From Lytechinus pictus (taxonomy: Eukaryota): a DNA stretch of 64,000 nucleotides. Both the position numbers and the translations under genes were made by a program. Below the pieces are notes generated by a model. The model searched no databases and had not been told where the DNA came from. It saw nothing but the letters and a program-made list of their open reading frames with translations. The stretch lies in contig NC_087245.1 in assembly GCF_037042905.1 (NCBI RefSeq), forward strand, positions 16,990,001-17,054,000. The letters run 5' to 3'. Positions within the stretch are counted from its first letter, which is position 1. Every line of letters begins with the position of its first letter. Of this stretch, positions 1-34,100 are shown one piece after another.

Positions 1-162
1 AAGGTTTGAAAATTTATCTGGAACAACCGCCCATTAAAAAAACCCACATCCCTTTTCTTTTGAGTACGGTCATTTGGTATATCCATTTTTTTTCATTTAT
101 ATGTTTCATTGATTTACAATCATGCAAGAATTGTAATATGTACAAGACATCGACAATAATTA

Positions 163-1175
163 AACAAGTGGAATGCCTCACCTGCATCACGCGATTCAAT
201 ATAGCAGCAGTGCTGACTTTGAAAAACAACCTTTTAATAATTATTCACAAAAAACACCATTCAAATGATACAATACTACGTTCATTGACATTTGACCTTG
301 ATAATGTGACCTAAAACTTGTCAGTGATACTTGATTACCCCTATATCCACATTTTATACACTATATCTATAAACTTTGAAAGTTATGACAGCAATCTAAT
401 AATTACCTCTAAAATGGCCAAAGTTCAATGACCTTAAATGACCTTTGACTTTGGTCATGTGACCTGAAACTCACATGAGATGTTCAGTGATACTTGACGA
501 CTCTTATGTCCAAGTTTTATGAACTAGACCAATATACTTTCAGAGTTATGATGGTAATTCAACAAATACCCCCAACATGGCCAATATCCATTGACCTTTG
601 ACCTTGGTCATGTGACCTGAAACTCGCACAAGATGTTCAGTGATACTTGGTTACTCTTATGTCCACGTTTTATGATCTAGACCAATACACTTACAGAGAT
701 ATGATGGTAATTCAACAACAAAAAACCAACATGGCCAAAGTTCATTGACCCTAAATGACCTTTGACCTTGGTCATGTGACGTGAAACTCTTGCAGGATGT
801 TCAGTAATACTTGATTAACCTTATGTCCAAGTTTCATGAACTAGGTCCATATATTTTCTAAGTTATGATGACATTTCAAAAACTTAACCTTAGGTTAAGA
901 TTTTGATGTTGATTCCCCCAACATGGTCTAAGTTCATTGACCCTAAATGACCTTTGACCTTGGTCATGTGACATGAAACTCAGGCAGGATGTTCAGTAAT
1001 ACTTGATTAACCTTATGGCCAAGTTTCATGAACTAGGTCCATACACTTTCTAAGTTATGCTGTCATTTCAAAAACTTATCCTTCGGTTAAGATTTGGTGT
1101 TGACGCCGCCGCCGCCGTCGGAAAAGCGGCGCCTATAGTCTCACTCTGCTACATGTATGTAGGTGAGACAAAAAA
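163..1175. mobile_element. DINE-1/Helentron-like non-autonomous element with internal TGACCTTTGACC-containing tandem repeats
   Basis: Starts aacaagtggaatgcctc..cctgcat and ends gccgccgtcggaaaagcggcgcctatagtctc..gagacaaaaa, with several internal repeat units. Same ends as the copies at 5428 and 19024. Confidence 0.65.
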
Positions 1176-2367
1176 CCATTGTCATCATGGACCTGGCCAC
1201 GGAGGATTAGCTATTGTTACTGGGGGTGCTGTGACAATGCTCAGCACCCCCAGTAGCAATAGAATAATCCTCCGTGGACAGGGCCCTGATTGTCATGATT
1301 ACTCAAAATAGAAAGAAATACTGAATAGATAAATTAACAAAATACAACGAAATAAGGAAACATGACAATATAATCTATACCATGTATATGAAATACTTTC
1401 AATACCTTCACAAATATAAATTGTAATCTAAAGCATAAAGTAAACTATAGCATGGAAAATGGGGACTGGGTGAATAAACTTGACATCTAAAATAAGAAAA
1501 TGTATCATAGGGCAAATCGCCATTTTCCAAAGTACTAATTTAGTTTCATTATTTTTTCGGTATTAAAGTAATACTCAGTTTCTTTTTGTTTCCTTATAAA
1601 CTCTTGACAGATCAACATTCGGTATACACATATCACTTTTAACTTTACAAGTATTTTGTTATTATATTTATTTGGGTAATTAATTTATCTGATGGGAAAC
1701 CAAAACGTTTTCCGAAATTGGTGACATTAATCTTCTTGATATCCTTATTCATGTTAAAGAAATATGAAAAAAAAAGTCACAAAACAAATGCGTAATTGAT
1801 TCCTGCTGATAATAACATAATGGACAATTTGACGAATCTCTTCATTGAAAAGGCATTTAAGGCTATGGCGTTGTGGATTTCTTTTAAACAAAAAAGAACA
1901 TTATCTTGTGTCAAATGTCCTAGGCATGGCTGAGGCTTTGCATGAAAAGGGAAAATCTTTACTACCACAGGCAGCAAAGTTTTGAATATGCTAAAAAAAA
2001 CATTTGATATGACTTTAGTGAAATTTCTGAAATTCAGCCTATGTACCAGATTTCCAGGGGGGGTGGTACCAACAGTGAATAATACACGCAGCGCTCCCAG
2101 CATCCTCACTTTCCAGGACCATGGTTCAGGATCTCACACTCTCACAAAATTGTGACCCTTCAAGGTGTTCCCCCCTCAAAAAAAAAAAAAATTACAAATA
2201 CAAGAATAAATAAATCAATAAAATGTTTAAATAAATGAATAAATAAATAAACAAATAAATAAATTAATTAATTTTTAAAAAAGATAAATAAATAAAATGA
2301 ATAAATGAATAAATAAATAAAATGTGTTTGTTGCGTCTGGTGGCTCCTGATATCAATATATAATTAC

Positions 2368-23931
<21,564 letters not shown>

Positions 23932-26900
23932 CTCTATCAGAAAAAAAGAAAAAATTGTTAGGATGAAATAATTGACAAACCGGACGGAGCAACCCCGACA
24001 TGCCTTATTTTCATTGCAAGGTGTGAAAATCACTTGAATTGTTACCATGCATGGTCATAACTGAAGGGTCGGTTTTTAAAAATGGAAATGATACATAAGT
24101 ATTTAACAATTTGAAACATCCTCTAGCCTTCGGCTGTATCAACTCCTATAACTCTGATCTACATTATATTGACAGAGCCGATGAATTACTTACCCATCTT
24201 CAATTTTTTCATATTTGTTATTATCTAAATCATTGCAAATCCTCCATGTAAACAACATAATCACTCGGCACTAATAGATAACTCACTGTTTACATATGGA
24301 TCTGCAGACAAGACACCGAAAGTCACAATTCAAACATAGCCTTTTCCGTATGCATGGCTCCTTGGGGAGCCAGCAGAAAATCAAGATTATCAAGAACATA
24401 ATCTTACAAGCAAACGATCTAAGCGGTCGAGGTGATCACAAAAACCTTTTTTTTTTTCAAAATTAGAACTGAAGGATATCTTGCATGCAGATGCAATGCG
24501 TACGTATATCGGGTAAAATTTAATGAAAATATTGAATGAGTTTTGAAAATTTCATTTGCCCACAGAGACAGAGTACGATGGTGCATTCACAGATTGAAAT
24601 ATCAATTATCCATTCTTTGAAGAAAAAAAATATACAACTTACTGGTTAGTAAAGATGAGATATCGTTTGTAGAAAGAGTTCGGTGCTGACTTCTTGATAA
24701 AAGAAACTGGAGAAACTGTGAAGTTGTTGCTCCAGCAGACGTATTAATAGATGTGTATATCCCATACAGGTGTCTTGGTTCTCATAATTAATAAGTGGCA
24801 ATCAGTGTTGTGTCAAGTTCAATAGTTAGATAAGACTGTTAATTTGGCCCATTAAGGAATGGAAATGAGCTGTTCGTAGATGACATAAATAATAAAGAAA
24901 TTTATGGTATACTCCTTATGATGAAGTTGGTTTTTTTTTTGTAGTTTTCAGTAAATGAGATTGTTCACATAAATTGTGAAAATGGTTGAATTGAAGATAA
25001 TTATTTAATTAATTATGAATTCAGTTTTAAGCAGTCATTGATAATGAATTTTAAAATAGATAACTTAGTATTTGCCCCCCACCCCCCAAAAAATAATAAT
25101 AAACAGATGAACACAAATGTGCTTATTAATTACAGAGGACAGTGTATTGTATTTCCTTTTCTCCTTCTTTCTCTTCCCCTTCCTCCTCCTCTTCTTCTCC
25201 TTTTTTCTTCTTCTTCATTCTTTTACGCTAGTTATCTCATTACTTAAAATTTTTGTATTAAAAATGTTACTTATTCTGCAAAGCAGGCCGTGCTCATACA
25301 TGTATGCAAGTGCAGGCCCTAATGTAATCATCACCTTAATTGCTACAATAAAGTAATTTACCAGAACAAAATGAAATATTTTTAAATGAAAACAAAAAAG
25401 AACGTTGGGAAATAATCTGTAGAGGTTTGTGCTTTAGTAGTTATCAAAATTAGCAAACGAGATAAGGAAAATCATTCTTATCGTACACCGGAAATTGGCC
25501 TGTGGCCATAGTTATTATTTCTATGACCGCTATTACGCACTAAGAGTATCTCCATAATTATGAGAAAAGTGACACATGTGTTGATTTTAAACAAACTCGA
25601 ATATGTAATACAAATAATTATACCTCTTATTTTTTATAATAAATGGGGTAGTCACCAAAAGTTGATTATGAGTACTGGCACAGGTGAGATGGGGGGGGGT
25701 GATGAAAAGTACCCAAAAAGTAATTAAAAAAAAAAAAGAAATAAGGCATATCAACTTTTTCCCTATACAACTACATTTCTATTATGAAATATGAGGCTTA
25801 TGGTCTCTTAAAGTGTAAAGAATTTGTTCTGAAGACGATTATTTTAAATTTATGTGTGTTTGGTGAGCTGACCTGACTAAAACAGTTCATTATTAAGAGT
25901 ATGTTTCAAGTAGACAATTAACACATGCTTTCATTTCAAACAATGTGCAAAATCTGAAAGTAGGGCCATTTTGATGTTGAGGGGAGTGAACTTTTTCATA
26001 AGATGCATTGTTTGGCTGAATATCTTACAGGTAAATCAAATTAAAATGGCTTTGTACCAATCCAAGTTGGACAAAATATAGGAAACTATGTTTGTACCAA
26101 GCATGGTCATTTAACCCATCTTACAGGATGCACTTATTTTACATTGACTGAGAAGTTGAATTTTGGTATGGTTTCAACCATCTTGCATAATTCATAGCTC
26201 GACCAATTCCTGATCCGTATAGAAGCAGGAAATTGAGAATATCTCTATCCATAAACGGGAGGCCCAGTTTTCCCCATTTCCATCCTCTTATTTTATCTCC
26301 TTTCCCTTTCTTTTAATCTTCCCTCTTCTCTACTTTATATATTCTGTCATCCTCCCTCTCTCCCTCCTTAATTCTGAATCTTCCCATTCTCAATTTCTCT
26401 GTCTCTCCCCCCCCCCCTCTTTCTTTCTTTCTTTCTTCATTCTCTCTCTTTCTCTCTCACTACAAATACCTTGTCTGTAAAGGATCTATAACCTTCTTTG
26501 TTTCTTTATCCGGAAAACTTTGTAACAAATGATATTCTGCACGGGTGTCTGCGGGAGAATCATATTAGAAAAGGAATTTCTTGTGGTTGCCTCCAAAATT
26601 GTGGTTAAAACTTAATGTTCAAAGACAGGTCTCTACCAAACTTGGTCCTGATATCAAAACCTCAATTTTCGAACCCAGCACGCAGACCAGACCAATAAAA
26701 TCATCATAACACACAATAAAATACATAGCACATGAACATTTTTACAAAATCATTCATAATACAAACTTGAAATAAATCAATTGTTATTTAATATAAATAA
26801 GATATATACATGATATTTCAGATAAATAATTGACACTATGTACAGAACTTCTAATAATAAAATGTATGTACTTCAACAAATCAATTTGATCAGTTACTGT

Positions 26901-29431
26901 TAAAGCCTGTTAAAAGGCTTAATAAATGTTAAATATATCGGTGTACATAAAACTCATATCAGAGTGCAACCAAATAAGGTAAAATATGTATGGGTCTTGT
27001 GATCGTGCAGTCAAGTCCTCTATTAGTGTTACCGTTAAGCTTCACAGCTGTGGAGCACTTCATAATTTATTAAGTACCGTATAAGGTTCACTATATTATA
27101 TGGTATATGTAAAATACATGTACGATGCCATAAATGATATGTATGGAAAGTAGGATCATTAATAAAAAAAAATTCTACAATAATTGTGAGGTAAACAAAC
27201 AAATGACTGTAACAGGATACTGCAACTGGTAACTGTTTTGTGTGCATCATCTCAAATTCAAATTCAATAACTCATTGTTTTTAAGGACGGCAGTATTAGC
27301 ACATAACGTTGGGAGATCAGAGAACTGATCTGTATCAAGGTGATTTGAATAAGCTCTGAATACAGAAACATAAGTACTGTGGAAGGTTCAACATTTGAGA
27401 AATCATATGCCTCTCATAGAAAATTTAATCAATGTATACAAATTTCAAAATATTCAAATTTAAGTATTCAATTTTTCCCCAAGCACTTTAAAAAAATAAT
27501 AAATAAGTAGGCCATTTCTGTCTGGGAGACATCAGAAAAACCTTACTTCTCAATTAGTACTGAAAACGAGACATCTTAGGAACAGGGGGAAATAACGAAC
27601 TGGATTTGTACTGCATTTTGTTTTTGAAGAAAGTACAATGTTAACAGGTAATAATAATAATAACATAGGCAAATTTGTATCTGAACTGACACACTATTGG
27701 CCAAGGACATTGAAAGATTTGATACAACAGCCAATGGGAAGATAAGGCGAATTCCATATACACATATATACTCCTGAGATATCTCCTGATTAAGATTATA
27801 TAACCACATCTAATGAAACCGAACACTTGTCAGCATTTTTTCTTCTTTTCGCAGTATAAGAAAAAAAAAACATGACTGAGATTTGAACTAAAATTGTTTG
27901 ATCACAAGGAATACTATAATCGTACTGTACATAAAATTGCCAAGTATTTCATACTCTAATGGCCAATGCTTTAAATGATCATTGTGTACAATAGTCAAGG
28001 CCTGGGACGAATGTCATTTTTACCATTCAATATTTCCTGAAAAAACAATTGAATGATTCGATTGTTCGTCGGGAATCACGTCTTTTAAGTCATAATAGTT
28101 GACCTACTTTATGGTGACCTCCCGCAGCTGAGTCCCAAGTCCAAAGACGTCTTAGTAAACAACTCATTCATGAAGTATTTTTTTAGACTGACACGCAGGT
28201 GGTGCATTTCACTTCTTGAAAAATTTCATCCTTTGCCCACACCATGTCCCCACCCCCACTTGACATGCATTTCAAAAACATTTTTCATTTGAAATACCTT
28301 TCAAAATTACAAATATTTATCATTTTAACCTACATGTAGAACTGGGTCTATTTTTAGGAGACTAGTCGAGAAAGTACTGGTGATGGTGGCGGGCGCGTGT
28401 TGGAATGTTGTTTTGATTGTGTGAGGGGGGGTATAAAAAAGGTTGCATTGTTTTGAAACATAGAAGGATTTCTCCGGCTCCCACCCCCTATCTTTCTCTC
28501 TCTCTCTCCTTCACACACACACACACAGATGGGGAGGGGTCAATCTATTTCCTGAAAAGGGAACGCATGTGGCTTCTTCTTCATAATCTTCTTTGTTTCC
28601 CAAAAGGTTTCATTGGCTATCAAGGTCCAATAAGCTCAAGTGAGCTACAAGTAGTTGTGGGTTTACTTTCTGTTTTGAGCACGCAGATGACTTATATATT
28701 GTATCGAGGGCAAGGCCGGGTGGAATTAACATTTTCGGAGCTCTTTCAGGTCGTTTAACTGTGAATGTGATACATTCATTGTTCATTTTTGACAAATTAC
28801 CTTGGTAACATCATTTTTAAACCTGTATCAAGTATTAAAAAACCGTTATCATTGTTATTTTGTCATTTTGTTACTATTATTTGGGTATTCGAGTTATCCC
28901 AACGTCATAATCGGGATCTGCCGAACATTCGTGCAGTGCAAATTTTGCTAATTGATTAGCGATCGGCGGCAAGCCATTCGAACCATTCGATCAATCGATG
29001 TTTACTCCCAGTCCTAGTGTACAAGTGTCCGGTTTTAGAAGATTACTAATTTTTTCAAACCCTGTTTAATACACACCGTATTGATAGCCAATAGGCACGC
29101 TAACAATGAAATCCAATATATAGGAAGAGAAGCTGCCCTGGAACGCAAGAAGCCAAACATCTAGGTATTCAAAGAAATGCTCATTGACCTGAAAAATTAA
29201 TCAAAATAAATTTGAAGATAAAAAGAGTATTTCCACGCAATTGACCAAGTTAACACATTTTCTACTGGAACCAGGTTAACCTCAGTACAAAAACATATTA
29301 ACAGCCCTCACATTAACAAGATATTGATAATCAATTAATTAAAGCAATGCATACATTTCTTGCAACATAATTGCAACAGCAAAAAAAAAAAAAATCCTTC
29401 ACACATGGATGGAAACAAATCTGTTGCTCTC

Positions 29432-29533
29432 TTAGCTCAGACATCCAAGGAAGGACATTCAAGCCATCATTAAGACTGAGAAGTCCTTATGGTGGAAACT
29501 GCGAATGATTGGAATAAAATTCATCATAGCCAA
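29432..29533 (-). ncRNA. SNORD14: U14 box C/D snoRNA copy 1 (in a putative 3'-UTR intron of TMEM237)
   Basis: Minus strand reads box C AUGAUGA, domain A CAUUCGCAGUUUC (antisense to 18S GAAACUGCGAAUG), C'-like AUGAUGG, domain B CCUUCCUUGGAUGU (antisense to 18S ACAUCCAAGGAAGG), box D CUGA. Core 29437-29527; terminal stem UUGGC/GCUAA. Confidence 0.92.
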
Positions 29534-29627
29534 CAGAGATCTCGTTTGTAAAGAAAAGTGATATACATTGTATCATTATATGACACAAAAAGTTTGTAAT
29601 AGAAGATTTAAGAAATTGTGATCTCAC

Positions 29628-29674
29628 CTTCATTTATATGTATCTTTCAAGGATCTAAACTGCCATAAATATAT
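29628..29674 (-). other. Predicted 47-nt non-coding 3'-UTR exon of TMEM237 separating U14 copies 2 and 1
   Basis: Minus-strand acceptor ttcatcttctttctgtttacatgtag and donor AAG|gtgaga. Upstream donor CAG|gtaaac at 31153; next acceptor gattaatttttcag before 29188. Confidence 0.55.
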
Positions 29675-30967
29675 CTACATGTAAACAGAAAGAAGATGAA
29701 TTTACAATTAATGAAGGAAAAAAATGGTTAATAGTTGGAGATATTTATCTTCAACTATCTATATATTAAATTTTCACATATTATAATTTCCAAACCTTGA
29801 TCAACCAAGCAGTTACAAAAATGATGGTACAAAGCAGGATTTCTTAATTTTCTTGCTTAAATTTATAGACCTGAAATGTTGTATTCCTGGTGTGTTACCT
29901 GGTGTGCACGCAGCCACTTTGTTCTGTTTTTTGGGTCGCATTTACACTGGAAATTCAATGCCCTCTATGTTCGTTGGTCGCAAAGATACAATATGGCTAC
30001 GCGCACGCATCAGGATTGTAACGTTTTGGAAAGATACATTCAAGTAAGAAAATTGAGAAATCCTGCTTCATAATAATATTCTCATAACAATACTTCGTTG
30101 ACCAGGGTTTAGAAATAATTTTATGTAAAAAATTTCTAGAAATAATTTTATGTGAAAAATGTTATATATTGATCTAGATAAGGAAATAACTTGGATGATA
30201 ATTCATAGTCTTTGGCGACACTGAATTTCGTAATAATCATTTCTTTATTTTAGCGGCACGACAGTCCTGACAAATTTGCATCAGTGACCGCCCTCGTTGT
30301 GCTGGTATCGGTTGACCTCCTGGTTTGACTCAAGCCTATTGCAGAGGTGCATGAAGAAAGCTTTTTCCAATTTAGTGTAAACCAAGCAACATCGTGTAAT
30401 ATGATTCATGAATGACATTAATTTAAAACATTCCATTGCCATGAGCTGTAACTCAAACAACACAACTTGAGACCAGTTTGGTCTACTGAAAGTGTATAAT
30501 GCCAATTTTTCAGCACAAATGAGGAGCTGTCTTTTCATGTCTCCAAGAAGATTGACAAACCCTAAGGCACCTTTAAAAAAACATGCCAGGATCATGTTTT
30601 TCATGAAGGTATCCTACATGTGTCTTTTCATAATGAAAAAGAACTTGTTAAAAAACAATGGGATGTAATCTGTCCCTCAGATAGGATGTTTAATTGAGGC
30701 CCCAGAGTAGAGGAGTGTCACCACCTTTGTAAGTTAAGAACCCACTGCACTATTCGTAGAAGAGTAGGGGAAAACCCCTGTGTAGTGGTCCAACTGCACT
30801 CCCCCAATCAGTTCCCTTGGGATAAGAGACACACGGGCGATTCAGTTAGCTTTTTGTCTCCCAGGCACAGGTGACGCCAAACAAATAATAAGAATGTAAG
30901 AAGGAGCTATGAAAGACCTATTACGGCAAAAAGACATGGGTCTGACTTTTGATAAGGTGCCTTATTC

Positions 30968-31081
30968 AATTTGTCAGCTCAGACATCCAAGGAAGGACAT
31001 TCAAGCCATCATTAAGACTGACAAGTCCTTATGGTGGAAACTGCGAATGATTGGAATAAAATTCATCATAGCTGACAAATT
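30968..31081 (-). ncRNA. SNORD14: U14 box C/D snoRNA copy 2 (intron starting 3 nt after the TMEM237 stop codon)
   Basis: Same 91-nt core (30979-31069) with one hairpin-loop substitution; 11-bp terminal stem AAUUUGUCAGC/GCUGACAAAUU. Confidence 0.93.
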
Positions 31082-31155
31082 ACCACTATCGTAAACATAT
31101 CCTGTAATTCATTCTAGGTGTATTTTTAAAAGGCCACTAAAAGAGGGTTTACCTG

Positions 31156-34100
31156 TCATGCTTGTGATGTCACATTCCCTAGTTCTGTGTCTTGTTGTTC
31201 TTCCCATAAAGGTACATCTGCATCGTGTAAATGATCTGGGGGTAGATAAAATTATTTATGTATACCTCTTCATATTCAGAACACGGCTACTCACATTTCC
31301 TCTTGTTTGTCTAACACAAGAATACAGATTTTGTCATTAATTTTTTCATCAATCTAATACTTCATATCTTGTATTTCATCTCACCTAATCATTTCACAAT
31401 TCATGTTTTCATAGACAATTTATTTAATCATGTAAAAGCTTTAATCAATCTGTTCATTTATACATTTATCATGTATTCAATAATTCATCTTTATCAATTT
31501 ACCTTATTATCTGTTAATCTTTGACCACATGCACTTATATATAAATTTTTCAATATTTAAGTTTTCATCATCATCATCATTGTTATTATTATCATATTTT
31601 AATTTTTTCTGGAGGGCTGTTCAGATGCGCAAAAGCCAATCTCAAGCATACCTGAAGTATAATCTGTTGTTGGTGTAATAGCTATGATAGTCCAACCCAG
31701 GATGGCACCAATAGCCCGTATCAGGTTGATAATACGCCAGATGTTCAGTCTCGAGGTAGCTTCATCATCATCCCAAAGACTACCATCCTCTGGGCAATTA
31801 GGTTCACTAAAACACAATGAAAATGCAAATGAATGTCTTTCGATATCCACCAAATAAAACAGGAACTTATTATCTGTACCAACGTCTAAAACATGTTCAT
31901 TTGGGGATTGTGCCTTTTAGTCAGCAGCACCTGTACTGTGGAATAAATTGCCTAATCATCTGAGGGCCATCACTTGTACTTCCACCTTTTTCAAATCGTT
32001 TGTATAGGAAAGGTATGTTACAATGTTAGTTTATTAATTTTCCATCTAGAATTTGTTTGTTCTTTTAATTCTTAGTATACTGGTATTAGATTAAATTACT
32101 TTTATGTAAAGCGCATAGACATCCTGTTGAATATTATGCACTATATAAGCATCCAATATTATTATTATGCCACCTAGGCTTACTTTATTAATCAATGAGC
32201 AATGTCTCATTTGCTACAAGAAGTATTTGGACATTATTTTTAATACATTTAGGATGATTTCCATACCTGAAATGAAATGGATATTGTATCTGACTATAAA
32301 TTCTGAGGTAAATTTAAACATATCTTAAACCTTCTTACAATTATTTACTGAATGACCTATGCACACAAGTTAATTAGAGAGTCTAGTTACATCCATGCTT
32401 GAGCTATGTCCAATCTATTGCAAGAAGCCATTAAGTTCTGTGCTAACGATCAAACACAGCCACAATGAAACAAATGAAGACATTTTGTCCATTAGAGTAA
32501 CAGGGAATTGTTGCACATATTGCTACCACCAAAATGTATTAATATCTTGCCGTATAAAAAATAATAATTATGAAATCATATTAATTTGGGCTCAGACATC
32601 CAAGGAAGGACATTCAAGCCATCATTAAGACTGAGAAGTCCTTATGGTGGAAACTGCGAATGATTGGAATAAAATTCATCATTGCCCAAGTCCAAAAAGA
32701 GCTGCCATTGTTTCTTCTTTAATTGCTTTAATCAGAATACACAATAAAACCATATACAGTGGTGCTCAAAAGTTAGTGAACCCCACCAGACAAACAAACA
32801 CATTTGAAGTGTTCAAGTTCTGCCATGTTTTAAATATTTCATTGTGAAATCAGGTAATAAAATATTACCTACAATAAAGTTCATTTCTCTGGGCTCGCCA
32901 AACATTGTAGTGTTGTTGTCTACATTCAACACTCAGCGTGAAGGAGTGCATTTTGTGGTGGGGTTCAATAACTTTTGAGCACAACCCTAACTCTAGTGCA
33001 TGAAAAATAACTAAAATATTTTAAAGAGAGAATTGGCAAATTCATTCTACTTCTTGGGAAGAATGTCTCTGGGAATAACTTACCAATATGGAGGATCAGA
33101 CTTCAAAAATAGGCTTATCCTGTCGTCTATTGCAGCTATGCTTGTTGAGAATATCAACGAAATTAAATAAACTGTGAAAGAAAGTGACGAGAAGATTTGT
33201 TCACCCATTTCATACTGGAACTTGGTGATATCTATACATAATCAATGCGAATAATTAACTCAACATTGAGTTAATCATTTCGGATTGTATCATTTGGAAT
33301 AGGAAATTTGTTTTAATAGACACACAACATGAGCTCAGACATCCAAGGAAGGACATTCAAGCCATCATTAAGACTGAGAAGTCCTTATGGTGGAAACTGC
33401 GAATGAATGGAATAAAATTCATCATGGCTCATTCCTTGCGATATTATGTGCAAAACAAATACATTAGGCAATACAATCAAATACAGTGTAGATGAAAAAC
33501 ATTTTTACACAGCCATTAAACATCACATGTTGAAAGAGGTATGCTCTTAGCATTTCATTGTTCCACAAAATGGTTTAAGAGAGAGCATTCCAAGAAAAAT
33601 TTTGCCTGTGATTTTCACTGACTAATTTGCTCTCAGCCAACCAGATGCAAGGATTTGCAGTAACTAAAAACAGTATTCAGTGATATCACTATTTTTTTTC
33701 AGGAAATGCTCCCCAAGGAGCTTAATACTAAGGAGTGTTATGTATGGGTATATGTCTGACAGGTATATATGACAAGTCATACAGATTTCTCAGCCATTAT
33801 ACTTTGCATCGGCTGAAGCAAGAAAGAGGCAGATCTTCAGAATTATTTAAATGAGACGATTTTCTGCCAAAAAATGAATGAAATTAATCATTTTTGTCAA
33901 AAAAATGAATATATCTTTCAGTTATTTTCCACTTGTTTCTAAGGTAACATGGATGAAGCCACCTACTTTGGTAACAACAATGTCTTATTTTACCCAGGGT
34001 AGCCACTTCAGTTCTGAAGACTGTTCTCCCAGCGGGCCCTGCAAAGAGCAATGTTTTCATGGCTTTTTGTGGGGAACCCTCCTTTGCTAGGAAAAACAAT

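Noticed and set aside
29437..29527. 18S rRNA fragments (ACATCCAAGGAAGG, GAAACTGCGAATG) on the plus strand
   Set aside because: Only 13-14-nt matches, in non-rRNA order. They are the complements of U14 guide domains, not rDNA.
30252..30335. Alternative last coding exon of TMEM237 (acceptor near 30336)
   Set aside because: Exon 31235-31156 already supplies an in-phase stop with good splice sites. This acceptor is weaker and the peptide unrecognisable; it remains possible as a minor isoform.
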